From contig OX597821.1 in the NCBI GenBank assembly GCA_951406725.2, positions 71,920,001-71,984,000 on the forward strand: a stretch of 64,000 bases of DNA, read 5' to 3'. The position numbers and the translations under genes were made by a program. Shown in pieces: positions 37,769 through 49,412 of this stretch. Positions within the stretch are counted from its first letter, which is position 1. Every line of letters starts with the position of its first letter. Source of the DNA: Octopus vulgaris (taxonomy: Eukaryota). Under the pieces are notes generated by a model. That model searched no databases and was not told the origin of the DNA. It worked only from the letters and a program-made list of their open reading frames with translations.

Positions 37769-38215
37769 TGTATGTATGTATGTATGTATGTATGTATGTA
37801 TGTATGTATGTATACACACACACACACACACACAAAGATAAATTGTGTGGACAAACAAAAATATGAGATACTGATAAGTGGTTTTATTATTTTTTTTTGA
37901 TAAGCCTGGTACTTATTCTATCAGTTTCTTCTTGTGAAACCAGTAAGTTATGGGGATGTAAATAAACGAACTCCATTTGTGAGGCAGTGATGAGGGAGAA
38001 ACACAAAGACACGCACACAGGCTTACATATATACATACATATATATACGATTGATTTCTTTCAGTTTATGTCTACAAAATCCATTGACAAGGGCTTTGGT
38101 TAGTCTGAGGCTATAGCAAAAAACACATGCCAATTCACCACACAGTGGGACTGAACCCAGGACCATGTGTCTTGGAACGAAGTTTGTTACCACACAGCCA
38201 CACCTGCACCTATGT
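37465..38215 (-). mobile_element. SINE family A with tandemly duplicated 3' half
   Basis: 37465-37715 is repeated at 37832-38075 (gtgaaaccagtaagttatggggatgtaaataaacgaac shared). Confidence 0.85.
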
Positions 38216-38659
38216 GTGTGTGTATGGGTGTATATATGTATGCATGTGTATATGTGTATATATATATGTGTACATATTACATGTACATCTATATATATAT
38301 ATACATCTACACATATACATGTATACATATACATCTATATGTATAGAAATAAATGTATACATATACAGCTATACACAGTCACACGCGCACACACACATAC
38401 ATAGGTGCAGGTGTGTCTGTGTGGTAACAAACTTCGTTCCAAAACACATGGTCCTGGTTTTAAATTTAAATTTAATATGATAACGGTGAGAAATTGAATA
38501 TTAATTTGATTAATATGAATTGAAAACCAGTGGTGTAGCATATAAGACCATAGCGGATCTTCTTCTAGCAAAATGGATGTCCACTGTTCATGGTTCATCC
38601 CTCTTATATAATAGTTTGACTTTAATAGTTTCAGTATTAAAGTGAAAGTATCTGACATT

Positions 38660-38892
38660 ACTATAGAGATGTTTTTGTTTCATTTTTAACACGTAATAAT
38701 GAAATAGTGGAGAAGATATGATATTGCTGTGGGCTCGCCCTAGACAAGAAGTTAGAAATTTGCCCATGACACTACATGGACCCTAAGTAAGGCATGTATA
38801 AAATTTGAATGAAATTGGTTGTGTAGTTCTCAAGTTTTAGAGATTCACACAGACAGACAGACAGACACATTCTCAGTTTTATATATATAGAT
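38660..38892 (-). mobile_element. Helitron-like 5' end
   Basis: Minus strand begins A|TCTATATATATAAAACTGAGAATGTGTCTGTCTG, same style as 14681-15076. Confidence 0.55.
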
Positions 38893-38894
38893 TC

Positions 38895-39641
38895 ACACGG
38901 TTCCTTGCACGCACAACACTCGTGCAACATGTTTCCATCTCTTTTGGAACGTACACTCCTACAGACATCTCTTCTCCAGCCACACCTTTCTTTTCAAATG
39001 AAAAGTAAAAAATGATCGTAAATCGTGGCCGGAGATAAAGTTGCCTGTCTTAATCCCTTTTATCCTAGTCTTCCATACTGCCTCTTTCGCTATTGCTACA
39101 ACCGTGAGTAAACAATTCTTACCTTCGTTTGTTAAAACTTCCGGTGGTTCGATTTTTATGATTGAATCAGTCGACAGCTGTACTAGTCCTTCGCCGGACA
39201 ACAGGTATTCAGCATAAACCTACATTTCAGATATCTCCGAATACTGGACAATAGCGTGAGGGACGGTTTCCCTGTCTCCCCAGCATCTTGGACAGGTCGG
39301 AGACTGACGCTTATCATGTCTTGCGAGCTTATCCCAAATGGGCATTATCCCAAACTTGCGAGCTTATCCCAAACTCTGTAACATTTCCAGGTCAAAGACT
39401 TTTGGAAGTTGTCCAAAGTTCTCAACCCGAATGTACGATGAAACAGGCTGTCCAGACCATCGTCACATTCAGACTCTACCAACCCACTATATAAAATTCA
39501 TGTAGAGCCCCCACCGCTGGCGTTGCCCGAACGCCAGAATAGCAGGAGGGCCTTACGGCACTCTTTATGCCATTCACTCGACCTCGGTCTACAAAAACAC
39601 TAGGCTTCCTATTTGCAAAGACTTCTGAATTCGGAGGAACA
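38895..39641 (-). mobile_element. L1/Tx1-like ORF2 C-terminus (zinc-knuckle region)
   Basis: LDNFQKSLTWKCYR...CPRCWGDRETVPHAIVQ(Y)...IAKEAVWKTRIKG...FFTFHLKRKVWLEK. Confidence 0.8.
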
Positions 39642-41294
39642 TTTGATCTCTTTCGGCACCCTCTTTGATCTCTTTCGGCACCCTCTTTGATCTCTTTCGG
39701 CACCCTCTTTGATATCTTTCGGGACCCTCTTTGATTTCTTTTGGCACCTTCTTTGATCTCTTTCGGCACCCTCTTTGATCTCTTTCGGCACACTCTTTGA
39801 TCTCTGTCGGACCCTCTTTGATGTTTTTCGGGACTCCTTTTTGATCTCTTTCGGCACCCTCTTTGATCTCTGTCGGCATCCTCTTTGATGTCATTCGGGA
39901 CTCCTCTTTGATCTCTTTCGGCACTCTCTTTGATCTCTGTCGGTACCCTCTTTGATGTCTTTCGGCATCCTCTTTGATCTCTTTCGGCACCCTCTTTGAT
40001 GTCTTTCGGCACCCTCTTTGATCTCTTTCGGCACCCTCTTTGATCTCTGTCGGAACCCTCTTTGATGTCTTTCGGGACTCCTTTTTGATCTCTTTCTTTT
40101 GGTACCTTCTTTGATCTCTTTCGGCACACTCTTTGATCTCTGTCGGAACCCTCTTTGATGTCTTTCGGGACTCCTTTTTGATCTCTTTCGGCACCCTCTT
40201 TGATCTCTGTAGGCACCCTCTTTGATCTCTGTCGGCATCCTCTTTGATGTCATTCGGGACTGCTCTTTGATCTCTTTCGGCACTCTCTTTGATCTCTGTC
40301 GGTACCCTCTTTGATGTCTTTCGGCATCCTCTTTGATCTATTTCGGCACCCTCTTTGATGTCTTTCGGCACCCTCTTTGATCTCTTTTGGTACCCTCTTT
40401 GATTTCTTTTGGTACCTTCTTTGATCTCTTTCGGCACCGTCTTTGCTCTCTTTCGACACACTCTATGATATCTGTCGGCACCCTCTTTGATGTCTTTCGG
40501 GACTCCTCTTTGATCTCTTTAAGCACCCTCTTTGATCTCTGTCGGCACCCTCTTTGATCTTTTTCGGCACCCTCTTTGATCTCTGCCGGCACCCTCTTTG
40601 ATATCTTTAGGAACTCCTCTGTGATCTCTTTCGGCACCCTCTTTGATCTCTTTCGGCACGCTCTTTGATCTCTTTCGGCACCCTCTTTGATCTCTTTCGG
40701 CACCCTCTTTGATCTCTTTCGGCACCCTCTTTGATCTCTTTCGGCACCCTCTTTGATCTCTTTCGGGACTCCTCTTTGATCTCTTTCGGCACCCTCTTTG
40801 ATCTCTTTCGGGTCCCTCTTTCATCTCTTTCGGCACACTCTTTGATCTCTTTCGGGTCCCTCTTTGATCTCATTAGGCACCCTCTTGATCTATTTCGGCA
40901 CCCTATTTTATCTCTTTCAGCACACTCTTTGATCTCTTTCGCGACTCCTCTTTGAACTCTTTGGCATCCTCTTTGATCTCTTTCGGCATCCTCTTTGATC
41001 TCTTTCGACACCCTCTTTGATCTCTTTCGGCAGCCTCTTTGATCTCTTTCGGGACTCCTCTTTGATCTTTTTCGACACCCTCTTTGATCTCTGTCGGGTC
41101 CCTCTTTGATCTCTTTCGGCACCCACTTTGATCTTCCTCGGCACCCTCTTTGATCTCTGTCGACACCCTCTTTGATCTCTTTTGGGTCTCCTCTTTGATC
41201 TCTGTCGGCACCCTCTTTGATCTCTTTCGGCACCCTCTTTGATCTCTATCGGGACTCCTCTTTGATCTCTTTCGGCACCCTTTTTGATGTCTTT
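39642..41294. repeat. 22-bp minisatellite array, about 75 units (GATCTCTTTCGGCACCCTCTTT) with 23-bp variants
   Basis: Direct reading; the 22-aa periodicity of the minus-strand ORFs equals 3 x 22 nt; higher-order duplication present. Confidence 0.98.
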
Positions 41295-41445
41295 ATAAAC
41301 AAATAAATATACGACAGTATACAACTTCAAGAACTAAATTATATAAGTGCAGTTTCAATATGCAAATACACATATGCAAATACATATAAGAATTTAAATA
41401 CATGAATAATACTATAAAAAGTAAAAAAAAAAGCAAAACTAGAAA

Positions 41446-41518
41446 TGGAGAATCCGGGTATCGATCCCGGTACCTCTCGCATGCTAAGCAAGCGCTCTAC
41501 CACTTGAGCTAATTCCCC
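41446..41518 (-). tRNA. tRNA-Ala(AGC): tRNA-Ala (AGC)
   Basis: GGGGAATTAGCTCAAGTGGTAGAGCGCTTGCTTAGCATGCGAGAGGTACCGGGATCGATACCCGGATTCTCCA; 73 nt, G3-U70, downstream T-runs (T4, then T10). Confidence 0.97.
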
Positions 41519-41869
41519 ACTCGCAATGAATTGCCGCGAAAACTAAATCCATATAATATATTAAGTTGAATCAGTGGCATATTAGTATCTGGTTAGGTAC
41601 GCAATAAGTACAAATGTTTTGAACTAAAATTTGTTTGGAATTTCACTGAAAGTCTACACCATTGGTTCCCGAAGTGGACAGAACCGCAACCCTTCTGGTG
41701 GAAGAGAGAGCCAGGGAGGCATTGAAGAAAAATGGGGCGGTAATGGATGGCAATACCCCCTCTATTTATCAGAGGTACACTCGACTTTTGACAGTAATGT
41801 TTAAATATCGAACTAAAAACACATAATTGGAACAATCTCATCAAAGACAAAAATAATGTTAGACAATAA

Positions 41870-41942
41870 TGGAGAATCCGGGTATTGATCCCGGTACCTC
41901 TCGCATGCTAAGCAAGCGCTCTACCACTTGAGCTAATTCCCC
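41870..41942 (-). tRNA. tRNA-Ala(AGC): tRNA-Ala (AGC), second copy
   Basis: Identical except T-loop GATCAAT; T5 terminator about 17 nt downstream. Confidence 0.95.
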
Positions 41943-42183
41943 ACTCACTCTGAATTGCGCCAAAACTAAATCCATATAATATATTAAGTTGAATTAATGG
42001 CATATTGGTAACTGGTTATTCAGACAATACTAAAGTTGGCAACTAAATATTGTTTATGGAGGTGAGAAGTTTGATTGTACATCTAAATTTTCTCAGCTAA
42101 AGAAATCTATCCAAACACAAGCTGCGGTAGGAAACATTAAAAAATGGTAAAAAAAAGAAAACACACGAAAACAAAGCATATTT

Positions 42184-43045
42184 GGCGTAGGAGTGGGTGT
42201 GTGGTAAGTAGCTTGCTTACCAACCACATGGTTCTGGGTTCAGTCTCACTGCGTAGCACCTTGGGCAAGTGTCTTCTACTATAGCCTCGGGCCGATCAAA
42301 GTCTTGTGAATAGATTTGGTAGACGGAAACTGAAAGAAGCCCGTCGAGGAATTACAACCGTGTTTCGTGGTCTGCTTCCACAACAGCTCCTTTATAGGAT
42401 CCAGTTACCTCAAGACATCATCAGGAGGAACTACGTCCGGTTTCGGCCCCTACTCCTCTACCGTTTTGACGTGGCGCACCCCACTTTCAGAGGTGTCTTG
42501 AGCTCTGATGTTGGGTGCATGTCTTCTTTCTTCTTCTGTTCCCTGGCTTCTTCGATGTAGCGTCAGCGAGTGTCAGCCGGTGACTGACTGACTTGTCAAA
42601 TTTCTTCCTTTAAATACCTGCCGCATAGGCTCCAGCAGGCAGCCCCAGCAAGTTGTCACGTGACACTGCCTCACCTTAACTGACTAGTGAAGGCGCGTAG
42701 TTTTAGCCCGCGCATTCTCTAAACGACCGTCACCTGTCAATCAGCGAAGCTGATTCAGTGTCAGCTTGTCTCACATAATGATGTTATTTCCCGCCGGCAT
42801 GTTACGACTTTCAAGCCATTTTCGGTCTTCCCGTTTCAACCATATATAGAAGCTGACTTTTTCGACCGCCTCCTGTACTCTCCTATGTTCTCTATTACTC
42901 TCCTATATTTATATGTAAATATATATATATATATATATATATGTACGTGTGTGTATATGTCTGTGTGTCTGTGTTTGTCCCCCCACCCCAACATCGCTTG
43001 ACAACCGATGCTGGTGTGTTTACGTCCCCGTAACTTAGCGGTTCT
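42184..43045 (+). mobile_element. SINE family A interrupted by a LINE insertion
   Basis: Head at 42184-42346 and body resuming at about 42915-43045. Confidence 0.85.
42347..42912 (-). mobile_element. RLE-type LINE (NeSL/HERO-like) C-terminus and 3' UTR
   Basis: Minus-strand QEAVEKVSFYIWLKREDRKWLES resembles the recalled (E)AAE+AS.W.W.+RE..W terminus of HERO/NeSL-group ORFs. Confidence 0.55.
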
Positions 43046-43307
43046 TTTCAAGTGATTTCAGTTTTATATGACGTCATATTTTTTATCGCTGTAATATTAT
43101 GTCCTCGTTACTAGCAATAGTTATCTTTGGTTACGCGAAATAATAATAATAATAATAATCAATTCTTTTTTATTGGCCACAATAATAATAATAATAATAA
43201 TAATAATAACGCACCAACACTGTATGCTACTTAAAATTTCAGTATCTATAATTTATGAAACATTCTCCGTTAACGAAAACTTGGTCTCATCGATTCTTAT
43301 TACTATT

Positions 43308-43452
43308 TTACTCTTTTACTCTTTTACTTGTTTCAGTCATTTGTTTTGTGGCCATGCTGGAGCACCACCTTTAGTCGAGCACATCGACCTCAAGACTTAT
43401 TCTTTGTAAGCTTAGTACTTACTCTATCTTCCTCTTTTGCCGAACTGCTAAA
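43308..43452 (-). mobile_element. SINE family A, 3' fragment
   Basis: ttttactcttttacttgtttcagtcatt...ggccatgctggagcacc. Confidence 0.85.
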
Positions 43453-45140
43453 CCTCCCTTTAAAGGCTTTTGACAACAGACAGAGCCGACCGACTTTTCC
43501 CGATTAATCTTTGCTCCTGCTACCGTCTCGTAAACCTCAATAGCCTTCCCCACTTCACGTAGGCGTGCTACTGTGGTTATGCTGATAGTGATATCGTCCG
43601 CGCAATCACAGTGACCAGGTATCGATGGTCAACCCTATCAAAAGCTTTAGACTGGTCCAAATTTACCAATGCCCCACATTTGCCAGATTTATCACCAACC
43701 CTCTCTATGGTATAGCGAATAAGGTGCAGATTATCCTAAATGGTTCTGCCTGGGATGGCATATGTCTGTGCCTCCCCGACTATATCATTCACGACACGCG
43801 CCAATAATTTTGCTAAAACCTTGGCCAAGATCTTCACATCTGCGTTTGACAGAGTGATGGGACTGAAATTCTCTAAAACGTCCCCTTAACCAGGTCCTTT
43901 CTGACCAACGTCACTACTCACGCAGATCTTGGGATAAAACCCTTCTTCTGCCAGTTCGCGTACACATCAGCTAGTAGATACCCGAACGAGTCTGGCATAT
44001 ATTTATACAGCTCGTACGGGAGACCATCAAGTCCCGGCGACTCATCCGCTTTACAGTCGGCCATAGCCTCCATCACCTCCACAGGCGTGATCGGCCCTTC
44101 GCAAGACACCGCATCCAAACCCGCGAGGCACGACAGCTCGGCAAGAAAGTCCTCGAAGACTCCCCCACCATCAGGACCGGCATCACCCCCGAACAGCTGG
44201 GCGAAGTACTTCCGAAAGGCCTCACACATTTCCTAGGGTTCGTTTACCAAGACACCATTTTGATTCATCAAAGACCGAATAGTGGAACTATTTCCTTGTC
44301 GAGCTTCCACCACTCGGGCCCATCCAGCGGCCTTGATTCCTTCGCTTCCCATCGCACGTAACTTAGCTCTGGCAATACTTCCCATGTGTTGGGTTTCAAG
44401 ATGCTGGTTCAACTCCAGTCTCTTCACCGCTTTACCAGTCATCCAGGCGTCTTCTAGTTCCTTAACTAGATCATCTGTTATTCTACGTCCCTTCATAATT
44501 AAACTTATGCTAAACCTAATAGACTCATATTTTATGGCTCTTTTTAGGGCGTACCACCATTTTTATTAATGATGGTAACTGTCAATGCCCTCTGTATTAA
44601 CATCTCGATCCGCTTTCTGTACTCCTCAATCACCAAAAGGGACGTATTGAGTTTCCCGTAGCCAGATCCCTGTCTATGCAACTTATCTACCGTCAGATTA
44701 CAGGTAACCATCTTGTGATCACTGTAGATGACTAGATAAAACTGTGGACACTTGGCTATGGACTTATCTGTTTTTCTAATTAAAACCCTATCTAGATATG
44801 TTTGAAGGCTTTCCACGTCAATATTCCTCTGCGTAACAGTACACATTGATGGTTGGGGAAATTCACTTTCACAAGAATCCGAAATATCGCCAAATATTAA
44901 ACTTTCAATCTTTTTTGCCTCCCTGTCGGTTGACGACTCTTCGCCAGACGAAGTTACACTTTTCAGCATCTTGCCAGCAATAAATGTCTCCCCCACAGAG
45001 GAAAACACACGATAGTTTGCGAACGAAGACTATCACACAAATAATTATAACAAGAAATAACACAAAAACAGCCAATAGAAACTTGCACTTACTATACAGA
45101 CGCACTCCAATAATAATTGCCAATAAATCCAAACTCAAAC
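43453..45140 (-). mobile_element. L1/Tx1-like LINE: 5' end fused to APE C-terminus, tether and RT fragments
   Basis: YLDRVLI...SDHKMV...GYGKLNTSLL (APE end), EGPITPVEVMEAM...SPGLDGLPYELY, FSPITLSNADVKILAKVLA and CADDITI motifs. Confidence 0.9.
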
Positions 45141-45149
45141 AGATGGAAT

Positions 45150-45387
45150 GCCTATGTCTTTATTGCCCAGAAGGGGCTAAACACAGAGGGGACAAACAAG
45201 GACAGACAAATGGATTAAGTCGATTATATCGACCCCAGTGTGTGACTGGTCCTTAATTTATCGACCCCGAAAGGATGAAAGGTAAAGTCGACCTCGGCGG
45301 AATTTGAACTCAGAACGCAGCAGCAGACGAAATACCGCTAAGCATTTCGTCCGGCGTGCTAACGGTTCTGCCAGCTCGCCACCTTCT
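45150..45387 (-). mobile_element. SINE family B
   Basis: Near-consensus copy. Confidence 0.9.
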
Positions 45388-45409
45388 TAGAGTCCTAAAT
45401 ATTGAAATG

Positions 45410-45870
45410 ACAATAGACGATGACGATGAGGAGGTGAAGAAGGATGAGGTGGTGGTGGTGGTGGTTGTTGTGGTGGAGGAGGAGGCTGAGAGAACGATGA
45501 CGACAACGACGATGATGGTGATGGTGATGACAATGATTGCACTATTGATGATGGAGATGGAGTTGATGATGATGATGATGATGATTATGAATGATAGCAG
45601 TAATTGTGATGATGCTGATAATAACGACAGCCAAGGCGATGCTACTGGTGGTGATGATGATGATGACGATGGTGGCGGTTGTGGTGGCGGTGAAGGTGGA
45701 GGTATTGAGGGGTTATGATGACGTTGATAGTTATTAATTATAACGACGAGGTCGGCGGCGGCGATGGACAAGCGGAGGAGGAGGGAGAGATAATGAAAAT
45801 GCTTGTGTGACTGGTTGTGTTGTTGATGATGATGATGCGAACAATCGTCAGCTTGTAGAAGACGATGATG
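45410..45870. repeat. Mosaic GAT/GGT/GAC trinucleotide low-complexity tract
   Basis: Direct reading. Confidence 0.85.
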
Positions 45871-46590
45871 ACAAACAAACACTGTTACAAGTAGTTTCAG
45901 GTGTTTTGGTAAAAAGAGAGAGAGAGAGAGAGAGAAAAAAAAAAAGACGAACCAGGAAACCAGTAAGAACGCTTGGAATTGGCGAAAGAACAAACGTCCC
46001 TCTACACATGTCTGCGTGTAAGAGTGTAAGAGTGAGGGTGTCTATGTGTTTGTGTATGTATTTAAGTCTATCTATGTGTGTGTGTGTGTGTGTGTATTAG
46101 TGTGTTTGCACGTTTAAAGTAAGTTGTGCGTGGGTGTATATATGTTTCTATGTATTGTTTAGTGTACCCTGTGTATGTGTATATTTAAGCATTTACGTGT
46201 GGTGGGGCGGGTGACGAAGGTGGGTATGATTGCATGTGTAGGTGCCTAAGTGGGTGTGAAAGTGAGAGGAGGGGTAGAAAATTCCTACGTGATGCTATCA
46301 ATGGACAGCGTCTGTGCATATTTTATCGGGACGGAGGGCGGCGCGGGGTTTCATCTCCACTAGATCAAAGGAATAAGATAGCATCTGTAATTTTCAAACA
46401 TTAAAGGACACCACCAGCCGATGGTTAATCTTAGAAGGTTTTTTTAAATTATTTTTTTTTGTCTGTTGTTTTCGTTGTGGTTCCGTAGGATTTCGGTTCA
46501 TTCAATTCGTGACTTTTCTTCATCTAAAATTCCTGTTTTATAAAAAGTATAAAGAAATAATATATAAAAAGAATACAGAAAAGAATAAAG

Positions 46591-46704
<114 letters not shown>

Positions 46705-47089
46705 ATATTCACCCTCCTCGGCAAAGAAATGGTGGTACGTCTTATAATTGAGATACGGCAAAGGTCTAACTAGATGGTCCTTCCTTCAAACCGAAAGTAT
46801 TAAAAGATAATTGTTTGTTAAAATTGTCCACAGTTTATGTGTGTTCTAACGTGAAGTGTGTGGGATGGGAAAGGTTTGGGGAGGTGGGAGGGGAGGCTTT
46901 TTGCTTGCTTTTTTTTTCTTTGTTTTGATTTTATTGTCATTATCGTTTTTTTGTTTTTGTTGGGTTTTTTTGCCTTTTTTTTCATGCTCATCATTTCACT
47001 AAAACACGACAATAGATTGGAATCAAGTGCGAAAAAGAATGAAAGAATAAACGAAAGAAGTTGGGCAAAAAAAAATGAGATAAGAAAAT

Positions 47090-47156
<67 letters not shown>

Positions 47157-47222
47157 AAAAAGAAGGGAAGGAAGAAAAAAAGAGAGAAAGAAGAGAAGAG
47201 AAGAATGAAAGAAAGAAAGAAA

Positions 47223-47298
<76 letters not shown>

Positions 47299-47466
47299 AA
47301 AAAGAAGGGAAGGAAGAAGGGAAGGAAGAAAAAAAGAGAGAAAGAAGAGAAGAGAAGAATGAAAGAAAGAAAGAAAAAGAAAGAAAGAAAAGAAAGAAAG
47401 AAAAAAGAAGGGAAGGAAGAAAAAAGAGAGAAAGAAGAGAAGAGAAGAATGAAAGAAAGAAAGAAA

Positions 47467-47538
<72 letters not shown>

Positions 47539-47575
47539 GAGAAAGAAAGAAAGAGAGAAAGAAAGGAAGAAGGCA
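47090..47575. repeat. (GAAA)n with a thrice-repeated higher-order unit
   Basis: aaaaaagaagggaaggaagaaaaaaagagagaaagaagagaagagaagaatgaaag occurs three times. Confidence 0.9.
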
Positions 47576-48099
47576 AGAAATAAAACTAGAGAGAGAAGTG
47601 TTAAAAGTTGGAACACAAATATTCCAAGTTATTTTCTCTGCGACGGCTTCTTTTCATGTTTCTGAGATTAATTCCAATAACGATTTCCTTTATTGGTACG
47701 AAATAATAAATTTGGTGAGAAGGATCATTATCGATTAAACTGATCTCAGTACATACCAATTACATTTTTAATCAACCTCTTTAAAATAAAATGAGTTAAC
47801 CCTTACACAATTTAAACACAGACATGAAATTGTCAAATTGAAAATAATTTATTTAACCCAATGTTGCCCTATTCCTGTTTCTCTAATACTTTTCCGAGCT
47901 GGTTATAAAAATACTACAGCTGACAGAGTGGCTCAAACGGTGGATCATCGAATAGAAATATTAGCATCTTTAATTACGTTTCTTTATTTGCGAGTCCAGA
48001 TTTAGCAGAGATAAGCGTTATTTTTTTATGACTTAAGGTCATATTCGAACCTGATCTTTTGTTCCATAAATTTGTGGCGTATTATTAAGAGAGACATAA

Positions 48100-48280
48100 A
48101 GTAGCGGGCTGGCAGAAGCGTTTGCACGCCGAGCGAAACGCTTGAGTTCAAATTCCACCGAGGTCGACTTTCATTCTTTCAGCGTCGATAAAATAAGTAC
48201 CAGTTGAATAATGGTGATCAATGGAATCAACTTCTCCTTCTCCTGAAATTGCTGAGATTGTGCCAAAATTTGTAATTATT
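48100..48280 (+). mobile_element. SINE family B, internally deleted
   Basis: gcgggctggcagaagcgtttgcacgccg...gagttcaaattccaccgaggtcgac. Confidence 0.8.
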
Positions 48281-48649
48281 TCAAATTTTGGTAAAAGATG
48301 GAACAGCTTTCGAAAAAGTCGGATTTAGTCTATTTTAATTATTCCAAAGTTTAAATGCCGTTTATTTGATCGATTGTAGCAAAGTGAATGATTTGATAGA
48401 CTTTGATAGGATTAGAACTGAGAAAAATAAAAATGATATAACTAAATACACCCAGACATGCACTTCAATACTCTTGTATTCTTGCCATCTCACCTCCTTT
48501 GTTATCTGTAAATCCTAATGGCACCAGCTCCATGAAGCTGGAGAAATTCTAACGACGCAAAGCTTACTTCAAGAATTTGTATTACCTGACTGTCCGTGGT
48601 GATGCTTCTAAGCCGACCTTTCAACGCAGTTTCTGTCGTTTCACCACAT

Positions 48650-48726
<77 letters not shown>

Positions 48727-49011
48727 TTTCTATCATTACCCCGACTGGGTACGGAGATGAAGGAGTATCTGCATTGAGAGGTCCCAGCCTCCGGTGCTAG
48801 GGGCGTGTGATTAGTGTGAGGCAGGAAAAAGACTCGCAAGACGGATTCTTGAAGGCGAATCAACCAAAAGGAGAGCAAGAATGAGATGGTTGGGGAATGA
48901 GCAGAATGTTGGATGGTCTCTTTTGGAAATTGTAATGAGAGATTCTTCTGAGTGGAACATATGAGAGAGATGCCTCGGGGCGACTCTCACAAGACTATTG
49001 GGGAGAGGAAA

Positions 49012-49412
49012 TAAATGAATGAATGAATGAATGAATGAATGAATGAATGAATGAATGGATGGATGGATGGATGGATGGATAGGTGGATGGATGGATGGAT
49101 GGATGAAAGGATGGATGGATGGATGGGTGGATGGGCGGGTGGATGGATGGATGGATGGATGGATGGGTGAACGGATGGGTGGATGGATGGGTGGGGGATG
49201 GGTGGGTGGGTGTATGGATGGATGGATGGATGGATGATGGATGGATGGATGGATGGATGAGTAGATGGGTGGGATGGACGGATGGATGGGCAGGTGGATG
49301 GGTGGATGGATAGATGGATAGATGAATGGATGGGTTGATAGGTGGATGGGTGGATGGGTGGATGGACGGATGGGTGGATGCATAGATGGATGGATGGATG
49401 GATGGATGGATG
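49012..49412. repeat. (GAAT)n grading into (GGAT)n/(GGGT)n
   Basis: Direct reading. Confidence 0.92.

Noticed and set aside
39642-41294. CRISPR array
   Set aside because: Units are head-to-tail with no unique spacers, there are no cas genes, and the context is eukaryotic
45310-45993. 227-aa low-complexity ORF
   Set aside because: Trinucleotide mosaic running into a SINE
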